Below are positions 19,489 to 29,592 of a stretch of 58,650 bases of DNA, piece by piece. Under the pieces are notes generated by a model. That model was not told the origin of the DNA. It was given only the letters and a program-made list of their open reading frames with translations, and did not search any database. This DNA comes from Desulfobacterales bacterium. GTDB lineage: Bacteria > Desulfobacterota > Desulfobacteria > Desulfobacterales > JAABRJ01. Numbering within the stretch: the first letter of the stretch is position 1; every line of letters starts with the position of its first letter. Where the stretch lies: the NCBI GenBank assembly GCA_046481705.1, contig JAWOJK010000331.1, positions 1 to 58,650 of the forward strand, in the 5' to 3' direction. The translations under genes were made by a program, and so were the position numbers.

Positions 19489-21096
19489 ATGAACCTTGTC
19501 ACGGCCTCACAGATGCAGGCGATGGATCGGGAAACCATCGACGGTTTCGGGATCCCCGGGCGGGTATTGATGGAAATCGCCGGCCGCGGTGCCACCGACT
19601 TTCTGCTGGAGCGCTTTCCCGACCTGACGGGCCGCAAGCTGGCGGTCGCCGCCGGGCCCGGCAACAACGGCGGCGATGGCTTTGTCATGGCCCGCTGTTT
19701 AGCCCAGCGGGGATTTGCGGTAACCGTTTATCTGCTCTGCGCACCGGAGCGTGTCCAGGGGGATGCCGCCGCCAACCTCAAACTGCTGGCGCCCCTGTCG
19801 GTGCCGGTGGTGGCCGTGCCGGACGAGGCCGTCTTTGCGGCCCACCGGGCGGAGATGGCCGCCTGTGACGTCTGGATCGACGCCATCTTGGGCACCGGCC
19901 TGACCTCCGCGGTCAGGGGGTTTTATCACAGCCTGATCCAGTTTATCAACCGCTCCGGGCGCCCGGTGTTTGCCGTCGACATCCCCTCCGGAATCAACGC
20001 CGACACCGGCCAGCCCTGCGGCGCCTGTATCCGGGCGCAAGCGACGGCCACCTTCGGTCTGGCCAAGACCGGCCACTTTCTGCAACCCGGGGCGGCCTTC
20101 AGCGGCGCGCTGCGGGTGATCGATATCGGGATTCCACCCCACATCGTCGCCAAGGCCCATCCGCGCCACTATCTGCTGACTCCCCAGGCCTTTGCCAGTG
20201 CGCTGGCCGCGCGGCCGGCCGACGCCCACAAGGGCACCACCGGCCACCTGCTGGTGCTCGCCGGCGCGCCCGGCAAAACCGGGGCCGCCGCCATGACGGC
20301 GCTTTCCGCCCTGCGCAGCGGCGCCGGGCTGGTGAGTCTCGGCGTGCCGGCCGGCTTGAATGCGGTGCTGGAAACCCTGGTGCTCGAGGCCATGACCGTC
20401 CCGCTGCCCGCGGCGGCCGACGGCGGTCTGGCATCCGCGGCCGGCGAGGAGATCCTCGGCCTGCTTCCCGGAAAAAAATGTCTGGCCCTCGGGCCGGGGC
20501 TGGGCACCGGGCCGGAAACCCGCGCCCTGATCCGGCAGATTTTGGCGGGCTGCCCCTTGCCCGTGGTGATCGACGCCGACGGCCTGAACTGCCTGGCGGC
20601 GGAGCCCGGTCTTTTGAAAAGCCTCGACGTGCCGGTGATCCTGACCCCCCATCCCGGGGAAATGGCGCGTCTGACTGGCGCCACGGTCCAAGAGGTGCAG
20701 GCCGATCGCATCGCCTGCGCCCGCGATTTCGCCCGCCAGTTCAATGTCCACCTGGTGCTCAAGGGCGCCGGGACCGTTGTGGCCCACCCCGACGGGGCCG
20801 TTTACGTGAATCCTACCGGCAACCCCGGGATGGCCGCCGGTGGCATGGGCGATGTTCTCACCGGCGTCATCGCGGGCCTGGTGACCCGGGGCGTGCCGCC
20901 GGCTGAAGCCGCCCGTGCCGGGGTCTATCTGCACGGGCGGGCCGCGGACGGCGTGGCCCGCCAGGTGGCGCCGTTTGGGTATCTGGCATCGGAGGTGATG
21001 GCCGCCGTTCCCCGCCAGTTCCGGGAGCTGATCGGGGGGACGGATCCGGCGAGGCCTTTGCCACCGATTTCTGAGCCGTCCGATTGGGGGCCTTGA
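19489..21096 (+). CDS. nnr: Bifunctional NAD(P)H-hydrate epimerase/dehydratase (Nnr, YjeF)
   Basis: N-terminal YjeF_N motif GPGNNGGDG. C-terminal carbohydrate-kinase-like HKGTTGHLLV...GMGDVLTG. Confidence 0.9.
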   Translation: MNLVTASQMQAMDRETIDGFGIPGRVLMEIAGRGATDFLLERFPDLTGRKLAVAAGPGNNGGDGFVMARCLAQRGFAVTVYLLCAPERVQGDAAANLKLLAPLSVPVVAVPDEAVFAAHRAEMAACDVWIDAILGTGLTSAVRGFYHSLIQFINRSGRPVFAVDIPSGINADTGQPCGACIRAQATATFGLAKTGHFLQPGAAFSGALRVIDIGIPPHIVAKAHPRHYLLTPQAFASALAARPADAHKGTTGHLLVLAGAPGKTGAAAMTALSALRSGAGLVSLGVPAGLNAVLETLVLEAMTVPLPAAADGGLASAAGEEILGLLPGKKCLALGPGLGTGPETRALIRQILAGCPLPVVIDADGLNCLAAEPGLLKSLDVPVILTPHPGEMARLTGATVQEVQADRIACARDFARQFNVHLVLKGAGTVVAHPDGAVYVNPTGNPGMAAGGMGDVLTGVIAGLVTRGVPPAEAARAGVYLHGRAADGVARQVAPFGYLASEVMAAVPRQFRELIGGTDPARPLPPISEPSDWGP

Positions 21097-21157
21097 CGTT
21101 ATTTCTGACAGCAAGGCGGTCGGGGGTTTTGACGGGCGGCCGCTGACGGGAAGCCTC

Positions 21158-21676
21158 ATGACAGACAGGATCCAGATCACCACCCGCTCGGTCGGCGAAA
21201 CCCAGGCCCTGGCCCGCGGGCTTGGCGCCCGGATGGCGGCGGGAATGGTGGTGGCCCTCACGGGGGACCTCGGCAGCGGCAAAACAGCCTTTGTTCAGGG
21301 GTTGGCCGAAGGCCTGGAAGTCCCGGCGGACTACTACATCACCAGTCCGACCTTTACCCTGGTGAACGTCTATCCCGGTCGGGTGCCGCTCTACCACGCC
21401 GATCTCTACCGGCTTGCGGGGGCGCTCGACGATCTGGCGGCGCTCGGATTGGATGAAATGGTCGGCGGCGACGGGGTGCTGGCCATCGAGTGGTCCGAAC
21501 GGCTGCCTGAGGGCTACCTGACCGATTACATTGCGGTTCAGCTTGAATTCCAAAATGATGATGCCCGGCGGATCACCCTTTCCGCCATTGGATGCGAAAG
21601 CGGAAATCTGATAAATACCCTCGCCGAAACGCAGTCGTCCCGGCAGAAGACGTCGGACGTCCGGTCGCGGGAATAA
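21158..21676 (+). CDS. tsaE: tRNA t6A biosynthesis ATPase TsaE
   Basis: LTGDLGSGKTAFVQGL...SPTFTLVN.Y....LYHADLYRL. Confidence 0.85.
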   Translation: MTDRIQITTRSVGETQALARGLGARMAAGMVVALTGDLGSGKTAFVQGLAEGLEVPADYYITSPTFTLVNVYPGRVPLYHADLYRLAGALDDLAALGLDEMVGGDGVLAIEWSERLPEGYLTDYIAVQLEFQNDDARRITLSAIGCESGNLINTLAETQSSRQKTSDVRSRE

Positions 21677-21796
21677 ATTCGAACTACCGGTCGGCGGCGA
21701 TTTCGCCTGGCGCCCGGTTTGAAAACGGCAAACCGCGACGGCGGCACTTTTTTGCGCATTATCCACTTTAAACCCGAAACTGAGGCATAGACTCCC

Positions 21797-23029
21797 ATGG
21801 CCCTCATCGTTCAAAAGTTCGGCGGCACCTCGGTGGCCTCTCTCGACCGCATTCGCAATGTGGCCAACCGGGTCACCAAAACCTACAACCAGGGCAACGA
21901 CGTGGTGGTCATTCTGTCGGCCATGGCCGGTGTGACCGACGGGATCATCGAGATGGCCCACAAGGTGACCCCGGTTCCCGACAAGCGGGAACTCGATGTC
22001 CTCCTGGCAACCGGCGAGCAGACCACGGCGGCGCTGCTGGCCATGATGCTCAAGGACATGAAATACCCTGCCCAGTCCCTGATGGGATTCCAGGTCAAGG
22101 TGCTCACCGACGATAAGTTCGGCAACGCCCGGATCCGCGATATCGGCGGCGGGCCGATCCCCGAGCTCTTGAAGCATCGCAATATCGTAGTGGTGGCGGG
22201 CTTTCAGGGCAGTGACTTCAACGGCAACATCACCACCCTGGGCCGCGGTGGCTCGGACACCTCGGCAGTCGCCATCGCCGCGGCCCTCAAGGCCGATATG
22301 TGCGAAATCTACACCGATGTGGACGGCATCTACACTGCGGACCCCAATGTCTGCCACAAGGCGCGCAAGCTCCACGCCATCTCCTACGACGAGATGCTGG
22401 AGATGGCCAGCCTCGGGGCCAAGGTGCTCCAGATCCGGTCGGTGGAGTTTGCCAAAAAATACAATGTGCCGATTCACGTGCGATCATCCTTTTTGGAGGA
22501 GGAGGGCACCATGGTGGTGGAGGAGGATTCCTACATGGAAAGAGTTGTCGTATCCGGCGTGACCTGTGACAAGCATCAAGCCCGCATCACCCTGGTGCAG
22601 GTGCCCGATCGGCCCGGGATCGCCCATAAGGTCTTTGCACCGATCGCCGAAGCCGGCATCCTGGTGGACATGATCATTCAGACTTCGCCCTCCGGTGGGC
22701 GCAATGACATTACCTTTACCGTTCCGCGAAGCGATTACCGCCAGGCCATGGAGATCGAAGAGCGGGTGGCGGCGGAGATCGGTGCCAAAGCCGTCCAGGG
22801 CCGGGATGACACCGCCAAGGTGTCGGTGACCGGGCTGGGGATGAAAAGCCACTCCGGGGTCGCCACCAAAATGTTTGCGGCCCTGGCCAGCGAAAACATC
22901 AACATCCGGCTGATCAGTACCTCGGAAATCCGGATTTCGTGCGTGATCGACGAAAAATACGCAGAGCTGGCAGTCCGGGTGCTGCACAACGCTTTCGGGC
23001 TGGACCAGGAGCCGTCGCAACCGGAGTAG
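21797..23029 (+). CDS. lysC: Aspartate kinase
   Basis: MALIVQKFGGTSV, VVVLSAMAGVTD, and C-terminal ACT domains. Confidence 0.95.
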   Translation: MALIVQKFGGTSVASLDRIRNVANRVTKTYNQGNDVVVILSAMAGVTDGIIEMAHKVTPVPDKRELDVLLATGEQTTAALLAMMLKDMKYPAQSLMGFQVKVLTDDKFGNARIRDIGGGPIPELLKHRNIVVVAGFQGSDFNGNITTLGRGGSDTSAVAIAAALKADMCEIYTDVDGIYTADPNVCHKARKLHAISYDEMLEMASLGAKVLQIRSVEFAKKYNVPIHVRSSFLEEEGTMVVEEDSYMERVVVSGVTCDKHQARITLVQVPDRPGIAHKVFAPIAEAGILVDMIIQTSPSGGRNDITFTVPRSDYRQAMEIEERVAAEIGAKAVQGRDDTAKVSVTGLGMKSHSGVATKMFAALASENINIRLISTSEIRISCVIDEKYAELAVRVLHNAFGLDQEPSQPE

Positions 23030-23074
23030 GCCGCCCGGCGGCGCTTCTCCTGGGACCTTTGGGGGGCGGATCAC

Positions 23075-23938
23075 ATGCAGCTGGCACCTCGATTTGAAAC
23101 CGCGCGCGGAGACGGCATCGATCTCCACCTGGCCCTCTGGGACGGGCAGGGCCCCCCGGTGGTCTGCATTCATGGGCTGACCGCCAATTGCCGCTGCTGG
23201 GACCCGGTGGCCCGCCAGCTTTTTCCGTGGTTTCGGGTCGCGGCACCCGATCTGCGCGGTCGGGGGCGATCCGGGCGGCCGCCGCACGGTTACAGCGTTG
23301 CCCGCCACGTGGCGGATCTCGAGGGCCTGCTGGACCACCTGGGGCTGGAATCGGCGGTCATCATGGGCCACTCCCTGGGGGCCGTCATCACCCTGGCCTT
23401 TGCAGCCCACCATCCCGAGCGGGTCACCCGGGCGGTCCTCTGGGATGGCGGCGGACGGCTATCGGAGGCCGAAACCCAGCGGGTGTTTGAAGGCATTCAA
23501 CCGGTGCTGCAGCGACTCGCAGAGGTCTATGCCGACGCCGAGGCCTACCTTCAGGCGCGTCGTCAGACCCCCTATCTCCAGCCCTGGTCCTTGGCCCTGG
23601 AAACCTACTTTCGCTACGAGCTCGAAGCCGTTCCAGACGGGGTGCGCGCCAATATCCAGGTCGAGCACATCCTGGAGGAAATCCAGCAGCTGGGCGAATT
23701 GGACGTGGGCGCGCTGTATCCCCGGGTTCGCTGTCCGCTCCTGATTCTGCGGGCCCTCAGGGGGCTGCTCACGCCCGACGACATCCTGCTGCCCGAGCGC
23801 GCCGTGGACGAAATGCGCCGGCAGATGCCCCAGCTTCAGTGTGTGGATCTCCCCGGTGCCAACCACTACTCGGTGCTCTTCCATCCCAATGCCGTGCGCG
23901 ATTTTGCCCTGCGGGAGTTTCTGCGACCCGTCCGTTAA
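23075..23938 (+). CDS. Alpha/beta-fold hydrolase
   Basis: HGLTAN oxyanion region and the GHSLGA nucleophile elbow. Confidence 0.75.
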   Translation: MQLAPRFETARGDGIDLHLALWDGQGPPVVCIHGLTANCRCWDPVARQLFPWFRVAAPDLRGRGRSGRPPHGYSVARHVADLEGLLDHLGLESAVIMGHSLGAVITLAFAAHHPERVTRAVLWDGGGRLSEAETQRVFEGIQPVLQRLAEVYADAEAYLQARRQTPYLQPWSLALETYFRYELEAVPDGVRANIQVEHILEEIQQLGELDVGALYPRVRCPLLILRALRGLLTPDDILLPERAVDEMRRQMPQLQCVDLPGANHYSVLFHPNAVRDFALREFLRPVR

Positions 23939-23976
23939 ATCCCGCGGCCCTGTCACCTGGCCCGGTTGTGGCTTGA

Positions 23977-24684
23977 TCAGAAAGTGGCCGCGGGGGTGCC
24001 GGCCGGGCTTTTCGAACCAGGCTGCAGGGCCGATGCGATTTCTTGGTTGGTGCGCGTCAGGGCGTCCTGGATGTCTTCGGCTTCCAGCAGGGGGCGGCCG
24101 ATCACCAGCAGGTGGGCGCCGGCACGGATGGCCTCGGCCGGGGTGGCGGTGCGGCGCTGGTCATCGTCGCGGGTGTACCAGGCGGGGCGAATCCCCGGGC
24201 AGATTTTTTTAATGGGGAACTCGTCAATTTCGCGCAGGTCGCGGGCCGAGCAGACCAGGTAGCCATAGCGACCGGCGGCCTCGCGCGCCATGCCGGCCAC
24301 CATGGCTGCAATGCTGGGGCCGCGGTAATAGCGGCTGAAGTGTTCCGGCCCGATGGAGGTCAGGACGGTGACGCCGGCCAGGCTGTCCCCGCTGAGGCCT
24401 TCCGCCGCCGGGTCGTAGCCGGCGGTGCAGTGCACAGTGGTGATGTCGGCGCCCGCGGAGAGGTGCTGGTGCAGTGACTCGGTCATGGCACTGGGGATGT
24501 CGTAGAGTTTGAAATCCAGCATCACGCGGCCGTAAGGCCTGATGTCCGCGAGGACCGCAAGCCCCCGGTCGAGCACCGCTCGCCTGATCTTGTAGCCCCA
24601 CACCCGACCGCTGGTGCGGGTGATGATGTCGCGGGCCTGGTTCCAGGGAAGATTGTCCAGGGGCAGAATGATCCGGCTTTCCAT
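23977..24684 (-). CDS. pyrF: Orotidine 5'-phosphate decarboxylase
   Basis: ILPLD...MLDFKLYDIPSAM...VHC...G.RP. Confidence 0.85.
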   Translation of the reverse strand: MESRIILPLDNLPWNQARDIITRTSGRVWGYKIRRAVLDRGLAVLADIRPYGRVMLDFKLYDIPSAMTESLHQHLSAGADITTVHCTAGYDPAAEGLSGDSLAGVTVLTSIGPEHFSRYYRGPSIAAMVAGMAREAAGRYGYLVCSARDLREIDEFPIKKICPGIRPAWYTRDDDQRRTATPAEAIRAGAHLLVIGRPLLEAEDIQDALTRTNQEIASALQPGSKSPAGTPAATF

Positions 24685-25163
24685 GGCAGTTTCCTTATCG
24701 GTTATGGATCCATCAGACGCTTGGGGCAGACGTTTGGGGTAGACGCTCGGGGTGCCGGGTGAGAGCGTTCGGCGTCACCGGAGGCCTTTGGCGGGGGCAA
24801 CCCGCGCCATCCTAAAGGCCCTTACCCCCGCAGCGTTCATATCGGAATTTCGGATGGACGAAAACCCATTTTTCCGTAAATTCAAGAAATCCAGAGAAAT
24901 CCATTGATAAATTCAGGTGCCGGGTGCTAATTAAAACCGGCCATTGGATTTCATCCAGAATTTGAGTTAAATGCTGACAACTGTCTGGATTGATAAGTTA
25001 TTATGTCCGATACAGCACGATTTTAATCGGAAAAACCCAGCTGCGCGAGCTGAAGGCGGTGCGGGAGACCTGCTGGGAGGGGGTGTGCCCGGCCCGGCGA
25101 TGCTGCCGGCGGCCGGTCGCGGTTTACGGCAAGCGGAGTGGCGGCCTCTGACAAGGAAAACGC

Positions 25164-26591
25164 ATGTCACCAAATGACAGCCAACGCAATCTGTTGCGAA
25201 TGCTGCCCGGCGTCGACCGGATTCTCGCGTCGCTGGCGCAGATCGCCGAAGTCGCCGATGTGCCCAAAGCCGTCCTGGTGCGCTGTGCCCGTTTGACACT
25301 GGACGCGTGGCGGGAGCGGATTCTGGCCGGCGGCGCCCAGGCGCCTGCTGTAAGCCCGGCCCTGGAGACGATTGTCGCGCAGGTCCGGGGGCGGGTTTCG
25401 CAGGCGATGGCCCACAATCTCAAACGGGTGGTCAATGCCACCGGCGTCGTCGTTCATACCAATCTCGGGCGCTCGCTGCTGGCTGCGGCGGTTCTGGAAA
25501 ACCTGGTCGAGATCGCCGGCCGCTATTCCAACCTGGAGTTCGATCTGGCGGCCGGCAGGCGCGGCTCCCGCTATACGGCAGTCGAGGACGTCCTCTGCGA
25601 GATCAGCGGGGCCGAGGCGGCCATGGTGGTCAACAACAATGCCGGGGCGGTGCTGCTGTGCCTGGAAACCCTGGCCCGGGGGCGCAAGGTGATCGTCTCG
25701 CGCGGGGAGTTGGTGGAGATCGGCGGCGCCTTCCGCATCCCGGACGTCATGGCCAAAAGCGGCGGCATTCTCAGTGAGGTGGGGACCACCAACCGCACGC
25801 ACCTGCGGGATTATGCCGGCGCCGTCGATGACCAAACCGCGCTGCTGCTCAAGGTCCACAAGAGCAATTACAGCATCGTCGGGTTTTCCGCCGAGGTGTC
25901 GTTGCGGGAGTTGGTGGCGCTCGGCGCCGAGCACGGGCTGCCGGTGATGGAAGACCTGGGCAGCGGGACGTTTATCGACTTTTCGCACTACGGGCTGGCC
26001 AAGGAGCCCACTGTCCAGGAGTCCGTGGCGGCCGGGGCCGATGTGGTCACCTTCAGCGGCGACAAGCTGCTCGGCGGCCCCCAGGCGGGGCTGATTGTCG
26101 GGAGGCGGGCGACCATCGCGCGCATCAGGCAAAACCCCATCACCCGTGCGCTGCGCATCGACAAGTTGACTCTGGCGGCCCTGGAGAGCACCTTGCGGCT
26201 CTACCGCGACCCGCGGCGCGCCGTGGCGGCGATCCCCACCCTGCAGATGATCACGATGCCCTTCGCGGCCACGGAAGGCCGCGCCCGCCGGTTGGGCGAA
26301 GCGCTTGCGGCCCTGGGTGATGAGCGTTTGGGGATTTCTTTGCGCGAGCTGGCCTCCAAGGCCGGCGGCGGCGCCCTGCCGCTGCTGGACTTGCGCAGCT
26401 TGTGCGTGGGGGTCAGCATCCGGGGGCTTTCCGCCAGCCGGGTGGAAGCGGCCTTGCGGGCCGGAACACCGCCGGTTATCGCACGGATTGAAGACGACCT
26501 GTTGATCCTGGATCCCCGGACGCTTCAGGAAGGCGAGGCCGCCATCATTGTCGACGCCTTTGCAACCCTACTGAAAAGAGCCCCAACATGA
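25164..26591 (+). CDS. selA: L-seryl-tRNA(Sec) selenium transferase
   Basis: LRMLPGVDRIL, NNNAGAVLL, and the FSGDKLLGGPQAG PLP-lysine motif. Confidence 0.9.
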   Translation: MSPNDSQRNLLRMLPGVDRILASLAQIAEVADVPKAVLVRCARLTLDAWRERILAGGAQAPAVSPALETIVAQVRGRVSQAMAHNLKRVVNATGVVVHTNLGRSLLAAAVLENLVEIAGRYSNLEFDLAAGRRGSRYTAVEDVLCEISGAEAAMVVNNNAGAVLLCLETLARGRKVIVSRGELVEIGGAFRIPDVMAKSGGILSEVGTTNRTHLRDYAGAVDDQTALLLKVHKSNYSIVGFSAEVSLRELVALGAEHGLPVMEDLGSGTFIDFSHYGLAKEPTVQESVAAGADVVTFSGDKLLGGPQAGLIVGRRATIARIRQNPITRALRIDKLTLAALESTLRLYRDPRRAVAAIPTLQMITMPFAATEGRARRLGEALAALGDERLGISLRELASKAGGGALPLLDLRSLCVGVSIRGLSASRVEAALRAGTPPVIARIEDDLLILDPRTLQEGEAAIIVDAFATLLKRAPT

Positions 26592-27946
26592 CTCAAAACG
26601 ATCCGAACATTCAGACTCAATGCGGCTCAGGCCGCGAATTCCTGTTTTCCCGCAACCAGCCCCCCGCCGGCGCGCTTGCGGCCGTGCGCGCGACTGAGCC
26701 GTCGCAGGGCGGCGCGCCGGCGAAAACGCTGCCTTTTGCCGCCGATGAACAGGCGGAAACAGCGTTTCTGGCGCGGGCCATGGCGCGGCTTGCAAGCGCG
26801 GGTGGCTTCGGGACCCTGGTCATCCGCATCGACCCCTTGGAACTCGCTGATGACGGGCCACCCGGCGGGCAGCTGGAAACCGTTCGCAGGGTTCTCGGGG
26901 AGGCGGTGGAACGCCTCTGCCGGGATCAAAACGGCCTCTGGGCCGAGATCGGGGTCGATGCTGTCGCCTGCTTTCTGCCCGGACGAAACGCACCGCAGTG
27001 TCGTGAAGCCGCCCGGTGCATTCAGCAGGCCCTCTCCGTGCGGCGAGCGGAAACCGTGACCGTCGGCATCGCCATGTTTCCCTGCATCAATTACCACCGG
27101 CGCCAGATGCTCGCCAACGCCCGCAAGGCCGTTGACCACGCCGCTTTTTTCGGGCCCGGCAGCCGAGTGGTGTTCGACGCCGTCAGTTTGAACATCAGCG
27201 GCGACCGGTTCTACCAGGAAGGGGATTTCAAGGGGGCCGTGGAAGAGTTCAAGCGGGCGCTCCTGCTGGACCCCACCGAGGTCAACGTGCACAACAGTCT
27301 GGGGGTCTGTTACGGGCTCCTGGGGCGGCTGGATGAGGCCCTGGCGGCCTTCGAGGCCGCCGTCTTCCTGGATCCCGAAGAAGCGCTGGCGCGCTATAAC
27401 AGCGGCCTGGTGCACATGCTGCAGGCGCGCAGCGACGAGGCCCTGGCGTGTTTTCGCGAAGCCGGCCGGATCTCCCCCGACCTTTTTGAGGTGGCCTTTC
27501 AGACCGGCAAGTTATACCTGATCAAGGGCGAGCCCGCAAAGGCGCTCGGTTTTCTGGAAAAGGCAGCCGGGCTCCAGCCCGCGGCCGGTCCCGCCCATGC
27601 CTGTCTCGGGCAGTGTTACGAGGCCCTGGAGCGCCCGCAAGAGGCCGTCGCCGCCTACAAGCGGGCCGTCAAACAAAACCCCGGCGACGCCGCCTCGCTG
27701 TCGGCCATCGGGCACCTGTTCGATCTTCAGGGGGAAAACCCGGAGATCGCCACCCTCTTCTGCCGGCAGAGTGTGGCGCTGGAACCGGCCAGTGGTCTTT
27801 ATCACTACCGTCTGGGACGCCTGCTGCTCAAGCAGGATCAGGTCGCGGCGGCGCTGGAGGCTTTCGAGGCCGCCCGCGAGCGCGGCCATGATGCCCGGGA
27901 GGAGATCGACAGCCTTCAGCGGCGCCTCACCGCCAGGGCGTCCTGA
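26588..27946 (+). CDS. Degenerate GGDEF-like domain plus TPR-repeat protein
   Basis: ATGA overlap with the selA stop. The N-terminal half has GGDEF-fold landmarks (TVGIAMFP, ARKAVDHAAFFG) but carries GVDAV at the GGDEF position. The C-terminal half is TPR repeats. Confidence 0.55.
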   Translation: MTQNDPNIQTQCGSGREFLFSRNQPPAGALAAVRATEPSQGGAPAKTLPFAADEQAETAFLARAMARLASAGGFGTLVIRIDPLELADDGPPGGQLETVRRVLGEAVERLCRDQNGLWAEIGVDAVACFLPGRNAPQCREAARCIQQALSVRRAETVTVGIAMFPCINYHRRQMLANARKAVDHAAFFGPGSRVVFDAVSLNISGDRFYQEGDFKGAVEEFKRALLLDPTEVNVHNSLGVCYGLLGRLDEALAAFEAAVFLDPEEALARYNSGLVHMLQARSDEALACFREAGRISPDLFEVAFQTGKLYLIKGEPAKALGFLEKAAGLQPAAGPAHACLGQCYEALERPQEAVAAYKRAVKQNPGDAASLSAIGHLFDLQGENPEIATLFCRQSVALEPASGLYHYRLGRLLLKQDQVAAALEAFEAARERGHDAREEIDSLQRRLTARAS

Positions 27947-27966
27947 AAAACAGGAGGCACCACCGC

Positions 27967-28551
27967 GTGGATCCCACCCATCAGATTCTGACCATTCTCG
28001 AGGACTCCCTGGCGGTCAAGGACGCCTTTATCCGGCAGCAGCTCGACAAGATCCGCGAGTCCGCCGAACTGCTGGCCACCACCCTGGCGGCCGGCGGCAA
28101 ACTGCTGATTTTCGGAAACGGCGGCAGCGCCGCCGACGCCCAGCACATGGCCGCCGAATTCATCAACCGCTTTCAGGTGGAGCGGCAGCCCCTGCCGGCC
28201 ATCGCCTTGACCACCGACACCTCCGTTATCACCAGCATCGGAAACGACTACGGTTTCGACCAAATCTTTTCCAAGCAGGTTCAGGCGCTGGGCCGTGCCG
28301 GTGACGTGGCCCTTGGAATCAGCACCAGCGGCAAGTCGCCCAACGTTCTGCGGGCTATCCAGACGGCTGCCGCGCAGGGGCTGACGACCATCGCCCTGAC
28401 CGGCGGCAGCGGTGATCTGGCGGCGCAGGCCGACCTCGTTTTCTGTGTGCCCTCAGCGGTCACCGCCCGCATCCAGGAGGCCCACATCACGCTGGTGCAC
28501 ATCTGGTGCGATCTTGTGGAGCGGATCCTTTTCCCGCAAGCCGCCGTTTGA
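27967..28551 (+). CDS. gmhA: D-sedoheptulose-7-phosphate isomerase (SIS)
   Basis: GTG start with an AGGAGG RBS. LLIFGNGGSAADAQHMAAEF, ISTSGKSPNV. Confidence 0.85.
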   Translation: MDPTHQILTILEDSLAVKDAFIRQQLDKIRESAELLATTLAAGGKLLIFGNGGSAADAQHMAAEFINRFQVERQPLPAIALTTDTSVITSIGNDYGFDQIFSKQVQALGRAGDVALGISTSGKSPNVLRAIQTAAAQGLTTIALTGGSGDLAAQADLVFCVPSAVTARIQEAHITLVHIWCDLVERILFPQAAV

Positions 28552-28580
28552 ACCCAAGACCCTCCCGAGGAGTCCGTTGC

Positions 28581-29540
28581 ATGCCGAAACGACGCTTCAG
28601 CCCGATCGCACTCGAAGATTTGCACACTTACTCCCTCAAGGACCGTCCCAGCAAGGTCAGCACGGCCGACTTCGCCGCCAGCTGGCAGGCTGGCGGGGGG
28701 TTCAGGGCGTTTATCGAAAGCCTGCCCCGGGTGCTGGCGGCCGAGGACCTGCGGGTGGTGACCAGCGCAGTGGCGGAGGCCTACCGCGGGGGGCGGACCG
28801 TCCTGGCGGGTATGGGTGCCCATGTGATCAAGGTCGGGCTCAACCCGGTGGTGGTGGACCTGATGACGCGGGGGATCCTGAACGGGATCGCCCTCAACGG
28901 CGCCGGGATCATCCACGATTATGAACTGGCCTTGGTGGGGCGGACCTCAGAAGATGTGGCCGCCGGCCTGGGCGCCGGCGCCTTTGGGATGGCGCGGGAA
29001 ACCTGCGAGTTTCTCGGGGCGGCCATCCGCCGGGCCGAACGCGAGGACATCGGACTGGGCGAGGCGGTGGGACGCCAGATCCTGGACGCCCGACTGCCGT
29101 TTGCGGGCGACAGCATCCTGGCGGCCGGGGCGCGGTTGGAGATACCGGTGACCGTTCACGTGGCCATCGGAACCGACATCATTCACATGCACCCGCAGTT
29201 TGACCCCCGGGCCGCGGGCGCGGCCAGCCACCGCGATTTTCGGACCTTTGCGGCCATGGTGGCGAGCCTGCAGGGCGGGGTGTATTTCAACATCGGATCG
29301 GCCGTGATTCTGCCGGAGATTTTTCTCAAGGCCCTCAGCCTGGTGCGCAACCGCGGTTTTCTGGTCTCCGACCTGACCACCGTGAACCTGGATTTCATCC
29401 GCCAGTATCGGCCCCTGACCAACGTGGTCAACCGCCCGACTCTCGGGGGTGGCCGGGGAATCAATCTCGTGGGACACCACGAGATTATGCTGCCGCTGAT
29501 CGCCGCCGCCATTTTGGAGCAGCTGGCGGGCACCGATTGA
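28581..29540 (+). CDS. Deoxyhypusine-synthase-like (DHS-like NAD-binding fold) protein
   Basis: GMGAHVIKVGLNPVVVDLMTRGILNGIALNGAGIIHD resembles the bacterial DHS-homologue pattern. The call rests on motif memory only. Confidence 0.5.
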   Translation: MPKRRFSPIALEDLHTYSLKDRPSKVSTADFAASWQAGGGFRAFIESLPRVLAAEDLRVVTSAVAEAYRGGRTVLAGMGAHVIKVGLNPVVVDLMTRGILNGIALNGAGIIHDYELALVGRTSEDVAAGLGAGAFGMARETCEFLGAAIRRAEREDIGLGEAVGRQILDARLPFAGDSILAAGARLEIPVTVHVAIGTDIIHMHPQFDPRAAGAASHRDFRTFAAMVASLQGGVYFNIGSAVILPEIFLKALSLVRNRGFLVSDLTTVNLDFIRQYRPLTNVVNRPTLGGGRGINLVGHHEIMLPLIAAAILEQLAGTD

Positions 29541-29592
29541 TTTAAATTCCATAAGGGTTTATATTAACTATTTTTGATGAGCCACAGACCAT

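Noticed and set aside
21677-21796. Lysine riboswitch upstream of lysC (also considered upstream of dapL, 36411-36587)
   Set aside because: The leaders are about 120 nt and about 60 nt after the promoter, shorter than the roughly 180-nt L-box, and no conserved L-box helices are visible.
24685-25163. tRNA-Sec (selC) or another RNA gene upstream of selA
   Set aside because: No acceptor or T-arm pattern and no GGTTCGA-type T-loop is present. The region looks like a promoter and leader with AT-rich repeats, which I report separately.
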